Origin: Leptospiraceae bacterium | GTDB lineage: Bacteria; Spirochaetota; Leptospiria; Leptospirales; Leptonemataceae | Assembly: GCA_040217195.1 (NCBI GenBank) | Contig: JAVJNR010000002.1 | Span: 32,001 to 96,000, forward strand | DNA length: 64,000 bases | Direction of reading: 5' to 3' | Part shown: positions 28,718 through 40,091 of the stretch, one piece after another | Position numbering within the stretch: position 1 is the stretch's first letter | Layout: each line of letters begins with the position of its first letter | Translations under genes and position numbers: made by a program | Notes under the pieces: model-generated | Seen by the model: only the letters and a program-made list of their open reading frames with translations | The model's database searches: none | Told to the model about the DNA's origin: nothing

Positions 28718-30049
28718 TCACTGAAAGCGAATGGAAATCTCACCTCGTTTCGCTTCAGTAACAATTAGCTTCTTTTTGGCTACAATTTGAAAGATCTTCG
28801 GATTGGTTGCATAAAAAGCCATTGTATCTCGCAAAGCAAAAACTCTTCCCGGATAAGTAACTTCCCATACAGTTTCGCCTTGCGAAGATCGAACTTCATT
28901 AATTCCCTTTACAGCGGTCTTCAATTGGAGATCGTCGCGAAAGATTCCGGCTTCATCAAAACTCAATCCCTGAATTTTCATGAGAATAACGTTGTTTCGG
29001 GTGATGGCTCCCCATCGACTTTGCAATCTGCTATGAGTAAATTGAGCCAGCCCAGAAAGCCTTCGATCAGGCTCTGCTCCCACAGCAAAACGTTCCATGG
29101 CGGCACGGGCTGCTGCAAGATCAGTGGTCTGGGCCCCATTTTCCACTTTGCTAAATTCTCCCAGAACTTCGCCTCGGCCCCAGAGTGTAACAATAGCAAT
29201 GTTTCCGGTGGCTTTATAGGATTTAAAGTGCTGCCCCAGGGTTGCTATGTTCTGCGGATTCGCCTCAACATTTCCTACGATCAAAACATCTGCATCCGCG
29301 GCCACAGCTCGGTCCAGAAGAACGGGAGGCACGTCGCCGGGATTGGAGGAAACCAGGGCCTCATTGATTCCTCGAGTATCCACCCTCGATGGATCCACTA
29401 TATTATATCCCTTTTGTACCAGGGCATCCCTGAGTGCGCTTGCTGCCTGAGAATTGCGCGAGTTAAAACCTTCCACACGTCTTGGCTGACCGGCCAAATT
29501 GTACTCTTCACGAATCAGCACAAGAATCCTGGGATTGCCCACCAGCTTCTGCATTAGATTGATCTGATTGTTTACATCAGCCGGACTTACTTCAAATCGA
29601 ACAAAGGCCCGGAGCATTTTGATGGTATCCAGATTGTATGTTTGCTGCTCAATAATACTGTCGTTGCGGCAAATGCCCCTGGCTTGCGTATACACTTCAA
29701 AGCCAATAGATTGACCATCGCCCACGCCGCTGCTCGTAGCCACTTCCTCTCCGATACACTTTTCTATGGCCTTCCTGCAGGCATCCTCTTTGGCCTTATC
29801 CGTGGCCGCAGCCACACTTGTATAGATTGGGGCCTCTCCATAGACTGTGATTTCACCGCGCATACAGGCATCCCTGAAATCCCCGGAAAGCCCGGAATCG
29901 TCGTTTCGACTGGATGGTCCGGAGCATGCTACCAGCACTCCAGAGATCAGAAAGGTCGCTGCCAGAGTTCTTGAAACTGAAACGAAATGAGCCCTGGGGC
30001 TCCGTAGAAAAAAGCTCTTTGCCATACCTATTAGAGGCGAAAACCGCAT
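28718..30049 (-). CDS. LipL46-like lipoprotein (FlgT N-terminal-like domain)
   Basis: Lipobox LVAC; GEAPIY...KAKEDA..KA and VGNPRILVLIRE recall leptospiral LipL46 (from memory). Start uncertain. Confidence 0.65.
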   Translation of the reverse strand: MRFSPLIGMAKSFFLRSPRAHFVSVSRTLAATFLISGVLVACSGPSSRNDDSGLSGDFRDACMRGEITVYGEAPIYTSVAAATDKAKEDACRKAIEKCIGEEVATSSGVGDGQSIGFEVYTQARGICRNDSIIEQQTYNLDTIKMLRAFVRFEVSPADVNNQINLMQKLVGNPRILVLIREEYNLAGQPRRVEGFNSRNSQAASALRDALVQKGYNIVDPSRVDTRGINEALVSSNPGDVPPVLLDRAVAADADVLIVGNVEANPQNIATLGQHFKSYKATGNIAIVTLWGRGEVLGEFSKVENGAQTTDLAAARAAMERFAVGAEPDRRLSGLAQFTHSRLQSRWGAITRNNVILMKIQGLSFDEAGIFRDDLQLKTAVKGINEVRSSQGETVWEVTYPGRVFALRDTMAFYATNPKIFQIVAKKKLIVTEAKRGEISIRFQ

Positions 30050-30099
30050 TCCGGGTCAAGTAGATACAATTTTTTCTTATGCTTTGGGCTCTAAATCCG

Positions 30100-30624
30100 A
30101 TGGATGAATCGATGATCTTCCCGGCTTTAGAAAAGACTCTGCGAGAGCAGTCCCGACTTGTAAAAGAAGCCCTTTGTCTGGAAAAGGATAAGGGACGGGC
30201 AATTGCAGAAGCTAATGGAAAGAAGCTCACCGAGCTGAGCGGCCGCCTGGAACCCATAGTTGCGGCAATGGAAAAGGCGGAGAATGAGCGGATAGAGAGC
30301 TGTCGCAGATTGCAGCTACAGCGCCCAGACCTATTCGATACAAAAAGTGAGCTACGAGCACATGATCTAATGCATGCCCTGGATCTCCTGGAAGAACAGG
30401 GAGTGCCAGTGGAGCAGGAAAGGGATCTACTTTCATTGCTATTGCTGGATCTTCGTAAGCTACAGACTCTAAACCAGGAAAACCAGAACTCCCTGGAACG
30501 TGCCAGTACCAACCTAAATACTGTTCTGGAACAGGCTTCAGGCAAGGACAAGATGTACCGTCCTGCAGGCTCCGAAAAACGAAAAACGGATAGCCCCTCT
30601 CTAATCCTGAACGCCACCGTTTAA
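30100..30624 (+). CDS. flgN: Flagellar export chaperone FlgN
   Basis: Helical protein with LQTLNQENQNSL and a C-terminal SLILNATV; upstream of flgK. Start uncertain (30079/30100/30112). Confidence 0.7.
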   Translation: MDESMIFPALEKTLREQSRLVKEALCLEKDKGRAIAEANGKKLTELSGRLEPIVAAMEKAENERIESCRRLQLQRPDLFDTKSELRAHDLMHALDLLEEQGVPVEQERDLLSLLLLDLRKLQTLNQENQNSLERASTNLNTVLEQASGKDKMYRPAGSEKRKTDSPSLILNATV

Positions 30625-31130
30625 CAAAAAAGGCCCCTTACCTTACCCCGCCGGAATCTTCCGGTCGGTCCTTTTTTTCCTGGAATTCCAATTGCTCTGG
30701 CGATTCATTCCGGACAGTACCTTTATGCGAATCAAATCCAGTTAGAACGAATCAAAGCATTCGCATCCAGAAGAGCGCCAGAGTCTGGCTCAAAAATTTT
30801 GCAGTGTCCGCTGAATCTACAAACTGTTCCGTTAACTCATGCGCCCGGATTTCCATCGCACAGGACCGGGCTTAATTTCATTCACGCCGTAGCTTTTCGG
30901 GCAAATCCCGGCATTCCCCTGGCACCTGAAAGTTAGAACTTTCCGAAATTAACTTTGCTGAAATTGATCAGCTTCCGAACCATTCGCCTTATGTCTCTTT
31001 ATTGTTCCCCGAACTTCCCTATTCCCCTGGAACTCTCGCATTTCGATCGAACCTTCCCTTTCCTTGAGAGCATTTCCGGTTTTTACTCATCCTTTTGTTG
31101 CAGCTTCCGAGAAGATAAAGGGAGGCTTCT

Positions 31131-33068
31131 ATGAGCTCAACATTTGGCGGATTCGAAATAGCAAAAAGAGGACTGAATGTGCATCAAACTGCAATTCAGA
31201 CTACAGGCCACAACATTGCCAATGCAGATAATGAAAACTATTCCAGACAGAGAGTGAACCTGGAGAGTATGGATCCGCTATATGCGCCTGCCTTAAACCG
31301 TGCTAACGTCAAAGGTCAGCAAGGCCAGGGAGTACAGGTAGCATCCATTGAACGGATTAGAAATACATTCTACGATGATCAAATAGCAGATGCAAACAAT
31401 GTTAAAAATTACTGGGGTGCCTCTTCCGATTATCTGCAACAAATAGAGCGGATTTTTAATGAACCATCTGACAATTCGCTTCGTACCCTGGGCGATAAGT
31501 TCTGGCAGAGCTGGCAAGAACTCTCCACCTATCCTTCAGATAGAGCTCACCGAGAGGTTGTACTTGAACGAGGAAATGCACTGACTACTCGGATGTCAGA
31601 TATCTATAATAAGCTTACAGATCTGAGGCATCGTGCAAATCGCGAAGTGATCGCCGATGTTCGAACAATCAATTCCCTGGCATCTGACATTCGTGATCTG
31701 AACGAAAGGATACTCAAACTTCAGGCTCTGGGTGATCAACCAAACGATTTAATGGACCGCAGAGATGCTGCCATTGAAAAGCTTTCTGGAATTGCCAACA
31801 TCCGAATTGGCCGCGGAGATAAAGATGAGCTGATCGTTTTTATTGGTGAGCAAGCCCTGGTCCAGGGCGAAATCCACAGGAAACTAAAGACCGAACCAGA
31901 TGCGAAGAACGATGGAATGGCCAAGATCCTCTGGGAGCATAATGATAAAGAACTGATTCTCAGCGGCGGACACTTATTCGGTCTCAAGCAAATGCGCGAT
32001 GAAGCCATTGTTGAAAGAATCAATAATGTGGATGAGTTCGCATTGAACATCGCAGATGTGGTCAATGAAATCCACAAAGATGGATTTGGACTGAACGGCG
32101 AAACCAATAAGAACTTTTTCGACGTTCGAAATCTAAGCGGCAATTCCCGTGGTATTTATGATCTGGGCCCCCAGGCAGCAAACTATGATCTAAACCAGGA
32201 TGGAACTGCAGAAGTAACAGCAATTTTCCGGGTAAGTGGTGCCAATACTGTGGATCCTTCCAAGCCAGTTGGTGTGGACGGAACCCTTACTTTTTACAGG
32301 AACGATGGAAAGAATACGCCTGTTTTGGTGGATTATTCTGCGGACGATACTCTGGATTCTATTATCAAGCGAATCAACGACCAGGATGCCGGAGTCGTAG
32401 CTTATATGAATCATGATAATCAGCTGGCCCTGAAGGGAACAACGGCTGAAGACGATCGGCGGACCAATTTCATGATTCGTCACCTGGAGGATTCCGGGGA
32501 ATTACTGGCAGGGTACACCGGAATACTTAACGCTTCCGGTCCCCAGGGTGCTTTCGATTTTCGAAGAATCGATGAAATCTCAAAGCTGCGTGCTCCATTA
32601 CAGGATATTACCTTAACGCCCATCTATCATCCATCTGCATACGTAAAGGTCTCGGATGAGATTCTTAGAGATCCAGCATCCCTGGCGGGAGCCCGTGGCA
32701 AGGATGTAGGGGGCACTGGAGACTATAATCAGTCCAACGGCTCTGCGGATGGAAGCAATGCTCTTCTAATTGCTGAATCTCTGAAACAGGGAAAGAACAT
32801 GATAGGGCATGCAGAGAATTCTGAAGAATTCTACAATGCAGTGATATCCAAATTGGGAACAGAGAGTCGCACCGCAGAAGATGCAATTCAAAGGCATGAA
32901 GACAACCTGCTTTCTTTGCGAAATCTTCGCCAGAGCGTAATGGGTGTCAGTCTCGATGAGGAAATGTCCAACATGGTTCAATTTCAGCACTCTTACAATG
33001 CGGCTGCGAAGATACTGAACAGCATGGACCAGATGCTGGATGTCATTATCAACCGAATGGGTGCTTAA
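31131..33068 (+). CDS. flgK: Flagellar hook-associated protein FlgK
   Basis: STFGGFEIAKRGL, GHNIANA..YSRQRV and GVSLDEEMSNMVQFQHSYNAAAK. Confidence 0.97.
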   Translation: MSSTFGGFEIAKRGLNVHQTAIQTTGHNIANADNENYSRQRVNLESMDPLYAPALNRANVKGQQGQGVQVASIERIRNTFYDDQIADANNVKNYWGASSDYLQQIERIFNEPSDNSLRTLGDKFWQSWQELSTYPSDRAHREVVLERGNALTTRMSDIYNKLTDLRHRANREVIADVRTINSLASDIRDLNERILKLQALGDQPNDLMDRRDAAIEKLSGIANIRIGRGDKDELIVFIGEQALVQGEIHRKLKTEPDAKNDGMAKILWEHNDKELILSGGHLFGLKQMRDEAIVERINNVDEFALNIADVVNEIHKDGFGLNGETNKNFFDVRNLSGNSRGIYDLGPQAANYDLNQDGTAEVTAIFRVSGANTVDPSKPVGVDGTLTFYRNDGKNTPVLVDYSADDTLDSIIKRINDQDAGVVAYMNHDNQLALKGTTAEDDRRTNFMIRHLEDSGELLAGYTGILNASGPQGAFDFRRIDEISKLRAPLQDITLTPIYHPSAYVKVSDEILRDPASLAGARGKDVGGTGDYNQSNGSADGSNALLIAESLKQGKNMIGHAENSEEFYNAVISKLGTESRTAEDAIQRHEDNLLSLRNLRQSVMGVSLDEEMSNMVQFQHSYNAAAKILNSMDQMLDVIINRMGA

Positions 33069-33140
33069 TTGCGGAAGTATCGGGACTATGATTTGGCTAT
33101 AGAAAAGGCTATGAATAGCCCGGGATTGGAGAACTAAACT

Positions 33141-34409
33141 ATGATGCGAACAACAGGAATTATGCAGAACAACTCGCTTGTTCGAAATCTGGAAAGACAT
33201 AAGTACGAAATGGATAAAGTCCAGAATCAACTGGCCACCGGACAGCGTATAAGCCGTCCGGGAGACGATCCATCCGCGGCTACAAACCAGATGTATTATC
33301 GCAGCCGTGTGAACGAACTGGATCAATTCGAGCAAAACATTGAAGCTGGAATGTCCAGATTGAATCATATGGATGGAGAGATGAGTCGGGTTACCGAAAT
33401 CATTCATCGAGTCAGGCAGCTAGCGGTTCAGGCCTCCAATGGTATTTACCAGGGGGACAGCGGCTTCGAACTAAAGAATGCAATCGCTAAAGAAATTGAT
33501 CAGCATTTACGCGCCTTGATTGATATTGCCAACGGCAGAGATGCCACCGGCCGACCTCTCTTTGGGGGCCATGAAGTGGATCGTCCTCCATTTGAACCCA
33601 TACTGAGTAGTATCCGAGGACTCCAGGGAATTGAACTGGATAACCAGATCGTTGGTGTGGAGTACAGGGGCGATAACGGAAAACGACTGATGGAAGTAGA
33701 GCGCAGTCAGTACATTGATGTGAACATTCCCGGAAACCAGGCTTTCTGGGGAACCAATATGACCGTAACCGGCGCCACGGACAATTCCGGATATGTAAGC
33801 ACCACGGATCAGGCATTTCGCGTTGATGGCGTAGAAGTTCGAGTGGCTGCAGGAGATACCATTGACGATATAATCGATAAGATCAATCAAGCGGGCATAG
33901 AAGTTAAGGCTTCGAAAATCGGTCAGGATTACATCAGTCTCAGTAGTACAGAGCCGCATCAAATCTGGCTTGAGGATATGGAAGGTAGCACAGTGCTACG
34001 AGATATTGGTTTGATCAGCTCGGACAATTCCGAGCCACCGAACAACTTCGCAGAAACTGCTCGAGTTAATGGCCGATCTGTATTCGATGTTCTGATCAAA
34101 TTCAGAGACGATTTGATCGCAGGAGATCAGCTGGAAATCTCTGGTCGGGACCTGGGAAACCTGGACTCAGCATTGGAAAACCTTTTAAGGTTTCGAGCCG
34201 AGGTAGGCGCCAAGCAAAATCGCATGGAAGAACACACTAAGCGAGTGGCCTGGGATAAAACCTACATGACGGAGCTTCTGGCAGAGTCGGAAGGTATTGA
34301 CGTGGCAGAGTCTATCATGAATTTGAAATGGCTGGAATCAGTTCACCAGTATGCACTGAACGTGGGTGCTCGTGTAATCAAGCCAACTCTGGTCGACTTT
34401 ATCCGATAA
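33141..34409 (+). CDS. flgL: Flagellar hook-associated protein 3 FlgL
   Basis: QLATGQRISRPGDDP; C-terminal PTLVDFIR. Confidence 0.95.
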   Translation: MMRTTGIMQNNSLVRNLERHKYEMDKVQNQLATGQRISRPGDDPSAATNQMYYRSRVNELDQFEQNIEAGMSRLNHMDGEMSRVTEIIHRVRQLAVQASNGIYQGDSGFELKNAIAKEIDQHLRALIDIANGRDATGRPLFGGHEVDRPPFEPILSSIRGLQGIELDNQIVGVEYRGDNGKRLMEVERSQYIDVNIPGNQAFWGTNMTVTGATDNSGYVSTTDQAFRVDGVEVRVAAGDTIDDIIDKINQAGIEVKASKIGQDYISLSSTEPHQIWLEDMEGSTVLRDIGLISSDNSEPPNNFAETARVNGRSVFDVLIKFRDDLIAGDQLEISGRDLGNLDSALENLLRFRAEVGAKQNRMEEHTKRVAWDKTYMTELLAESEGIDVAESIMNLKWLESVHQYALNVGARVIKPTLVDFIR

Positions 34410-34413
34410 CCAT

Positions 34414-34851
34414 ATGCCGCAGTTAGAAACAAAGCCCTTTGGCTCCATAGAAGTAAGCGAAGAAAGTATCCTGGAATTTCCTGATGGAATTCTGGGGTTT
34501 GAGGATTATCGCCACTTTGCCATTCTTGAAGAAAAAGAAGGTCCTTTCCACTGGCTGCAAAGTGCCGATGAGTCCGGGCTGGCTTTCATAATCCTTCGTC
34601 CGGAACTGATCTTGAAAGACTATGAGCCAGTCATTCTGGATCAAGAACTGAATACCTTAAAAGTTCAGACTGTAAGTGAGTGTGAGGTCTATTTAATCGT
34701 TACCATTCCTGGCGAACATCCAGAGAAAATGACTGCGAATCTTCAAGGACCGATTCTGGTGAATCGACAGTCTAGAATGGCCAGGCAAGTAATATCCATG
34801 AATGATAGTCATCTGGTCAGGGTTCCCATTCTGGAGCTACTGGAGGCCTGA
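34414..34851 (+). CDS. fliW: Flagellar assembly factor FliW
   Basis: FPDGILGFE, WLQS and TANLQGPILVN. Confidence 0.95.
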   Translation: MPQLETKPFGSIEVSEESILEFPDGILGFEDYRHFAILEEKEGPFHWLQSADESGLAFIILRPELILKDYEPVILDQELNTLKVQTVSECEVYLIVTIPGEHPEKMTANLQGPILVNRQSRMARQVISMNDSHLVRVPILELLEA

Positions 34852-34852
34852 T

Positions 34853-35113
34853 TTGCTCGTACTTGCCAGAAAAATAAATGAATCTATCATGATAGGCGAT
34901 GACATTGAAATCGTCGTTGTGGATATAAAAGGCGATCAGGTGAAGCTGGGGATTCGCGCACCCAAGAATGTGGCCATCCATAGAACGGAGATTTATCAGG
35001 AAATCCAGAACCAGAACAAGGAAGCGGCTCAATCTGTATCACCGGATAAACTCAGAGACCTACAGAAACTCCTGGGTAAAGACAAAAAGACAGATGAAGA
35101 TAAATCATCCTGA
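34853..35113 (+). CDS. csrA: Carbon storage regulator CsrA
   Basis: TTG start after GGAGG: (M)LVLARKINESIMIGDDIEI...VKLGIRAPKNVAIHRTEIY. Confidence 0.95.
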   Translation: MLVLARKINESIMIGDDIEIVVVDIKGDQVKLGIRAPKNVAIHRTEIYQEIQNQNKEAAQSVSPDKLRDLQKLLGKDKKTDEDKSS

Positions 35114-35128
35114 TCCAGCAAAGCAGGC

Positions 35129-35506
35129 ATGACTGATAGATCTAACTCTCTTGCTTTGACCTTCACTCTGGCAATCTTGCTGATGCCCTTCCCCGGTTTA
35201 AGGGCTGCTCCCTATCCTCCAGTTCTCAGTGAATTTGACCTCCGTATCACCAATCGTCGTTTCGTTTCACATATTTTGTTCGAAGTTATTGGAAATCGAA
35301 AGGCCATTACTCTTCTTCTATCTCATGGACCTAACTATAACGCTTACAAGGATGTACCGCACTCCATTCATTTTTTCTGCGGAGCGACCGCACAATGCTT
35401 GCAGCTCTCCCGGAGAATTGACAGACATCTTAGAAGCGGCTACAATCTGGGACTACGCCTCCAGGGTTCCCGAATAACAAGATTGGAGTTTTTAAATCCA
35501 GAATGA
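35129..35506 (+). CDS. Hypothetical exported protein
   Basis: Signal-peptide-like N-terminus; ATGA overlap with the next gene. Confidence 0.6.
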   Translation: MTDRSNSLALTFTLAILLMPFPGLRAAPYPPVLSEFDLRITNRRFVSHILFEVIGNRKAITLLLSHGPNYNAYKDVPHSIHFFCGATAQCLQLSRRIDRHLRSGYNLGLRLQGSRITRLEFLNPE

Positions 35507-36831
35507 CGTCGATTACCAGAACAGATCAATTTCTTACAACGTTGCGATACCTTGTTCGACCGGTGGCAATTCAGTACGAACCACTGTTTCGAAGATTTGA
35601 AAAAAATCTAGAGCGGCTGGTCGCCATTCTAAACGGTCCTCTATTGTTTCTGTGCACCCTGTATTTTGCATTGAATGCTGGTCAGCCTCTACTGCCAGCT
35701 CTGGTCATTAGTTCGATAATAACGCTTCCGTCCTGGTCAATGTTCTTTCTTCGTGTGCCCCACCGATTTCAATCCTGGTACTACAATGGCGGTCACGGTA
35801 TAACCTTGCTGCTGCTTCTGGGCGCTTTTTACCTCTTCAATTTTCAGGATGATTCAGCTTCTGGGCCGGTGCTACTGTTCTGCTTGCTTCTACTTTTCCA
35901 AATCATTCGTCCTGGTCGATTTAAAGCTCTATCAGTTACCGGTAGTATTGTATTAATTTCGCTCTATTCCATAATAGTAGCGCCCATACTCATAAATGCA
36001 GAGCAGGCTGTATTACTGTTATTTCTTTCTGCTGTTGTATTCCTTCTTCATATTTTTGTTAACTATCTCATTCTTCGCTTTGTAGAACTGGAGCAGCACA
36101 GGATTCGCGAAGGCAATGAACTGGATCTGGCGCGACGAGTGCATGAAAGTCTCTTTCCTGCATTCTCCGGCAACGAAAGAATTCGGATCTACAAATACCA
36201 CCTACCCGAAAATCAAATAGGAGGCGATTTCTACGATCTGGTTTTCTTGCGAGAAGGAAATCTTGGAATTTTCCTGAGCGATATAAGCGGGCATGGGATT
36301 TCCAGTGCTATGATGTCGACCGCCATGAAAGTAGTGTTGAGTCGCATCCCTTACAGAAATCGTTTATCCCCATCCGCATTACTCACATCCCTGGATAAAA
36401 CCATGGCAGAGTCCTACGAAAGCCATCATGCCACCGGAGTTTATATCTTCTTCGATTTCCTAAAATCCAATGTTCTACTGGCAAATGCAGGCCATCCACC
36501 GGTCCTAATGGCAAAGACCGGCGAACCCTTCAAAGAAATCGAAACCTCGGGTAGCTTAATGGGAATGGGCATCAGGGAGCCCACTGCAGAAGAGGTTCAG
36601 ATCTCCATGAATCCAGGAGATCGGTACATTCTCTATACGGATGGGCTTCTAGAATATGAAACGAATCAGGGAACCATATCCTTTGTAGAAGATCTGGAAG
36701 AGATTTTAGGTCCGCTCAATACTTCGGATTCCAATCAGCTGCTGGAAGATATGGTGCAACAGGTTCGAAACCGGCCCGATTTTTTACGGTTCCGGGATGA
36801 TGTACTGGTTCTTGTAGCTGAAATTCAGTAG
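35503..36831 (+). CDS. Membrane-bound PP2C/SpoIIE-family Ser/Thr phosphatase
   Basis: About 6 TM segments; IGGDFYD, DISGHG, NAGHPP, YTDGL and DD. Confidence 0.9.
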   Translation: MTSITRTDQFLTTLRYLVRPVAIQYEPLFRRFEKNLERLVAILNGPLLFLCTLYFALNAGQPLLPALVISSIITLPSWSMFFLRVPHRFQSWYYNGGHGITLLLLLGAFYLFNFQDDSASGPVLLFCLLLLFQIIRPGRFKALSVTGSIVLISLYSIIVAPILINAEQAVLLLFLSAVVFLLHIFVNYLILRFVELEQHRIREGNELDLARRVHESLFPAFSGNERIRIYKYHLPENQIGGDFYDLVFLREGNLGIFLSDISGHGISSAMMSTAMKVVLSRIPYRNRLSPSALLTSLDKTMAESYESHHATGVYIFFDFLKSNVLLANAGHPPVLMAKTGEPFKEIETSGSLMGMGIREPTAEEVQISMNPGDRYILYTDGLLEYETNQGTISFVEDLEEILGPLNTSDSNQLLEDMVQQVRNRPDFLRFRDDVLVLVAEIQ

Positions 36832-37060
36832 ATCCTGGGAGATTCCCTGGAAGAGTTCCAGTAGGTTACACTCGTTTGCACGGATCTTCCGCCTAACTCG
36901 GAAATCGGAAAACAGAAGCCAAAGCCGCAATTCGAAAATCGCAGTTGGAAAGCCCAGAATCCCAGTTTTGGCACGGAGACGGTAGAGTTGTCCCCAATTT
37001 CGGAATTCAATTTCTGAAAAGAAGCCTGGTTCGAAAAGAAGCAGTATCTAACAGTAGGGA

Positions 37061-37483
37061 CTATTTTGGAGGCAATACTCTGCAGGTGCCTTTGGAAATA
37101 ATTTTCTCCTTTTGATTTTTCCAGGTCACCTTCATATCCACAGCCTTCAGTCGATCCACCTTTCGTGTAACCTCCACTTCGCAGGTAATTGTGTCTCCAG
37201 GATAGACAGCAGCCCTGTATTTTTGAGTAACCTCCAGGGCTACGGTGCCCAGACCGGGCAATTTCATCCCAAGCACCGGTGCAAGCAAGGATCCAGCCAG
37301 TCCGCCATGGGCGATTCTAGATTTGAACTCAGTGGTTTTCGCGTACTGCTCATCGATATGCACCGGATTGAAATCACCACTAATCCCAGCATATAAATAG
37401 ATATCTGTCTCTGATATAGTCTTGGTAAAAGATGCTCTGTCTCCGATTTGAATTTCTTCAAATGTCTTGCCTTTTTGGTACAT
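37061..37483 (-). CDS. MaoC-family (R)-specific enoyl-CoA hydratase/dehydratase
   Basis: SGDFNPVHID, RIAHG and VYPGDTI; AGGAGG RBS before ATG 37483. Confidence 0.9.
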   Translation of the reverse strand: MYQKGKTFEEIQIGDRASFTKTISETDIYLYAGISGDFNPVHIDEQYAKTTEFKSRIAHGGLAGSLLAPVLGMKLPGLGTVALEVTQKYRAAVYPGDTITCEVEVTRKVDRLKAVDMKVTWKNQKEKIISKGTCRVLPPK

Positions 37484-37501
37484 TGCTGCCTCCTGTACTG
37501 G

Positions 37502-38026
37502 ATGGAACGCCTGCATATTATCTTTCTGCGGCATCTGATTTCCGGATTGTTTATCCTGGCCCTGCCCTTTGTGGTCATTATTTCGCAAGGACTAAGAGAT
37601 TCTCAAGACCTTCTATTTTTTTTGGTTCGCCAGGCTCCGGTTATTCTAATCTGGATTCTTCTAATATCTGCTTCAGCCTATCTGGGTATACGGCATGCCA
37701 GAAATCGCATCTGGGACGGAATGATGCGAAGATACCTGGAGATGGATCAGACCACTCTGGTTCTTCACGCTGAACGCAGGATTCTGCTCAGGCTTTTTCT
37801 CAAGTGGGGTCGTTGCTTTCGCTGTCTGTCCTTCTGGTATGGAGGATTTCTTTCGGTAATTTGCTGGGCCTTTGCTATCTACCACTGGACTCCATTGACG
37901 GGCACAGTATTGATGCTGTATTTTTTCATCGTAGGTGCCTCACTGGCTGCTGCATTTTCTGCTTTGATTTTACTATTTACCTACGCAAAACACAGAGAAG
38001 ATCCTTCCCAGGACTTCTTCAGTTGA
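37502..38026 (+). CDS. Hypothetical 4-TM membrane protein
   Basis: Four clear hydrophobic segments; fills the gap; overlaps the 3' end of mnmE by 54 nt. Confidence 0.55.
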   Translation: MERLHIIFLRHLISGLFILALPFVVIISQGLRDSQDLLFFLVRQAPVILIWILLISASAYLGIRHARNRIWDGMMRRYLEMDQTTLVLHAERRILLRLFLKWGRCFRCLSFWYGGFLSVICWAFAIYHWTPLTGTVLMLYFFIVGASLAAAFSALILLFTYAKHREDPSQDFFS

Positions 38027-39379
38027 GATTCGGCCTGTGAGCTCACCGCAATGATGCAGTGCGGAATCGATTTCCAGGGCACAGATTTCTGCGGGAGCAT
38101 CCTGATTCCATAGACCAAGTAGCTTTTCCAGTGCCTCATCCATTCTTTGAAAATGATATCTGTGACGTTCTTCCAGAAAAAAAGGATCCACGGATTCCGT
38201 TTCTTCTTTAAGATATTCAGAAAGCTCCCTTCGTAAATCCTCCATTCCTTCACCGGATTTGCAGGAGATTTTATAGATTCGATCAGACGAGCGAATGGAT
38301 AGTTGTTCTTTCCAGGAATCCAACCTGGTACTATCGATTAGATCTGACTTGTTGAGAATATGCCAGACCGGGCGGTCCGGAAATGCCGGTTCCGGGTAAG
38401 GGTCTCTGCTTAAATCACAGACATGGAATATCAACAGGCTGCGCTCCATCTGTTGTTTGGAGCGACGCACTCCTTCCTGCTCCACATGATCTTCGGATTC
38501 TCTTAGTCCAGCGGTATCCACAAATCGCACAGGAAGACCGGCCAACTCAATTTCTTCGCTTACAAAGTCCCGCGTTGTACCTGCAATTTCGCTTACAATA
38601 CTTCTTTCCCAGCCTAGAATCTGATTGAGCAGCGATGACTTGCCTGCATTCGGGACTCCGGACAAAGCGATTTGCATTCCATCGCTAAGACGGGCAGCGC
38701 TTCTGGAACGCTCCAGGATGTCCGTAATTCGCGATCGAAGATCATTAACTCGTCCGATGGTTTGCTCTCTGGATTCGAAAGTCAGATCTTCTGTGGAGAA
38801 ATCCACCTCGGCCTCGGTCTCTGCTTTAAGATGAATTAAAGCGGAGCGAAAACGAGAAATCATTCGAGTCAATTCGCCATCATAGAGTTTACGGCTGGCA
38901 TGAAGTTCAAAGACAGACCTTGCATCAATGATACTTCTCACTCCCTCGGCTTCCAGTAGATCCAGTTTACCATTCTGGAAGGCTCGTCTGGTAAATTCCC
39001 CTGGATCAGCCGGTCTAATGCCCAGAAAATCGCAGGCTGACAGAATGAAGTGCCGTGCAATTACAGGGTTACCATGCAAAGTCACCTCGAGGGTATCTTC
39101 TCCTGTATAAGAACCAGGTCCTTGAAAGAAAGTGAATAATCCATCGTCCAGAATTCCGGGAGAGTCTTCAAAGCCTGTTTCTGGATTTTCCAGTACGTAA
39201 CAACGATAAGCCGTACCGGATTTCCAGAGCCCGGGCTGCTCCCGGGAAAAATAAGGCTTTTTGCTTCCGTTAAGAAAAAAGGCCTCTATTACCTTGCGGC
39301 AAAGAGGCCCGGAGAATCGAATCAGAGCAATGGCTCCGCGACCGGGAGCGCTGGATAATGCTACAATAGTGTCTTCGAT
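37973..39379 (-). CDS. mnmE: tRNA modification GTPase MnmE (putative ATC start)
   Basis: The frame stays open upstream of the track's start: (I)[23 protein letters not shown]...[13 protein letters not shown]-boxes [18 protein letters not shown] and NKSD; ends FCVGK. Confidence 0.93.
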   Translation of the reverse strand: MEDTIVALSSAPGRGAIALIRFSGPLCRKVIEAFFLNGSKKPYFSREQPGLWKSGTAYRCYVLENPETGFEDSPGILDDGLFTFFQGPGSYTGEDTLEVTLHGNPVIARHFILSACDFLGIRPADPGEFTRRAFQNGKLDLLEAEGVRSIIDARSVFELHASRKLYDGELTRMISRFRSALIHLKAETEAEVDFSTEDLTFESREQTIGRVNDLRSRITDILERSRSAARLSDGMQIALSGVPNAGKSSLLNQILGWERSIVSEIAGTTRDFVSEEIELAGLPVRFVDTAGLRESEDHVEQEGVRRSKQQMERSLLIFHVCDLSRDPYPEPAFPDRPVWHILNKSDLIDSTRLDSWKEQLSIRSSDRIYKISCKSGEGMEDLRRELSEYLKEETESVDPFFLEERHRYHFQRMDEALEKLLGLWNQDAPAEICALEIDSALHHCGELTGRISTEEVLGRIFSVFCVGK

Positions 39380-40068
39380 TACTCTTCTCCTTCTTCCTCG
39401 TAATACTCTTCTTCGTAGTACTCCTCTTCTACATCGTCGCCATCGGTGCGAAGAATGACTACTCGGACTCTTTTATAAAGACCATTGCCTTCAGAACGTG
39501 TAGTTACCCGGTCATCCTCTTCCAGGGTCAAATGCACGATTCTGCGCTCATAAGGATTCATGCTTTCTAGCAGTACCGAACGGCCAGACTTTGCCACCCG
39601 ATCCCCCACAGATCGCGCCAGTTTAGTCAGTTTCTTTTTTCTTCTTTCCCTATAGCGAGCTACATCTACAAGAATTCTCTTTCTCTTTTGCAGCTCTGGA
39701 GTGACCAGAAGGTTCAGCAAAAATTGAAGAGCATCCAGAGTCTTTCCCTGTCGACCGATTAGAATGCCGGAGTCTTCGGATTCAATGTGCACAATGTAGT
39801 TTTCATCTGTGTCTTCGAAATCCTCGATATCAGCATCGATGCCCATTTTATGGACCAGAGTCAGAAGCACCCCTTTAATGAGTGCTTCATCTCCAGGCTC
39901 ATTTCTGGCACTAACCCGGACTACAACAGGCTTTCGAGCCATCATGCCAAATAAGCCAGCCCCTTCCGTTTCAAATTCCAGTTCATCTTCCGGAATCCCC
40001 AGAATCTCGGAGGCTCGCTTCTGAGCATCCGACTTATTCTTGGATTCAATCTCTAGAATGTAATTCAT
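39379..40068 (-). CDS. jag: RNA-binding protein Jag/EloR (KH + R3H)
   Basis: [27 protein letters not shown] and TRSEG. Confidence 0.95.
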   Translation of the reverse strand: MNYILEIESKNKSDAQKRASEILGIPEDELEFETEGAGLFGMMARKPVVVRVSARNEPGDEALIKGVLLTLVHKMGIDADIEDFEDTDENYIVHIESEDSGILIGRQGKTLDALQFLLNLLVTPELQKRKRILVDVARYRERRKKKLTKLARSVGDRVAKSGRSVLLESMNPYERRIVHLTLEEDDRVTTRSEGNGLYKRVRVVILRTDGDDVEEEYYEEEYYEEEGEE

Positions 40069-40091
40069 TTGTTTACCCTATATAAAATATT

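Noticed and set aside
28787..30617. Long antisense ORFs (28787-29557 +, 29853-30617 -)
   Set aside because: They lie opposite better-supported genes and show no recognisable motifs.
31131..35113. flgK-flgL-fliW-csrA as a novel system
   Set aside because: This is a well-known conserved arrangement (FliW-CsrA partner switching).
37973..39085. mnmE as a 5'-truncated pseudogene, as the ORF track suggests
   Set aside because: The frame is open and conserved up to 39379; only a canonical start codon is missing.
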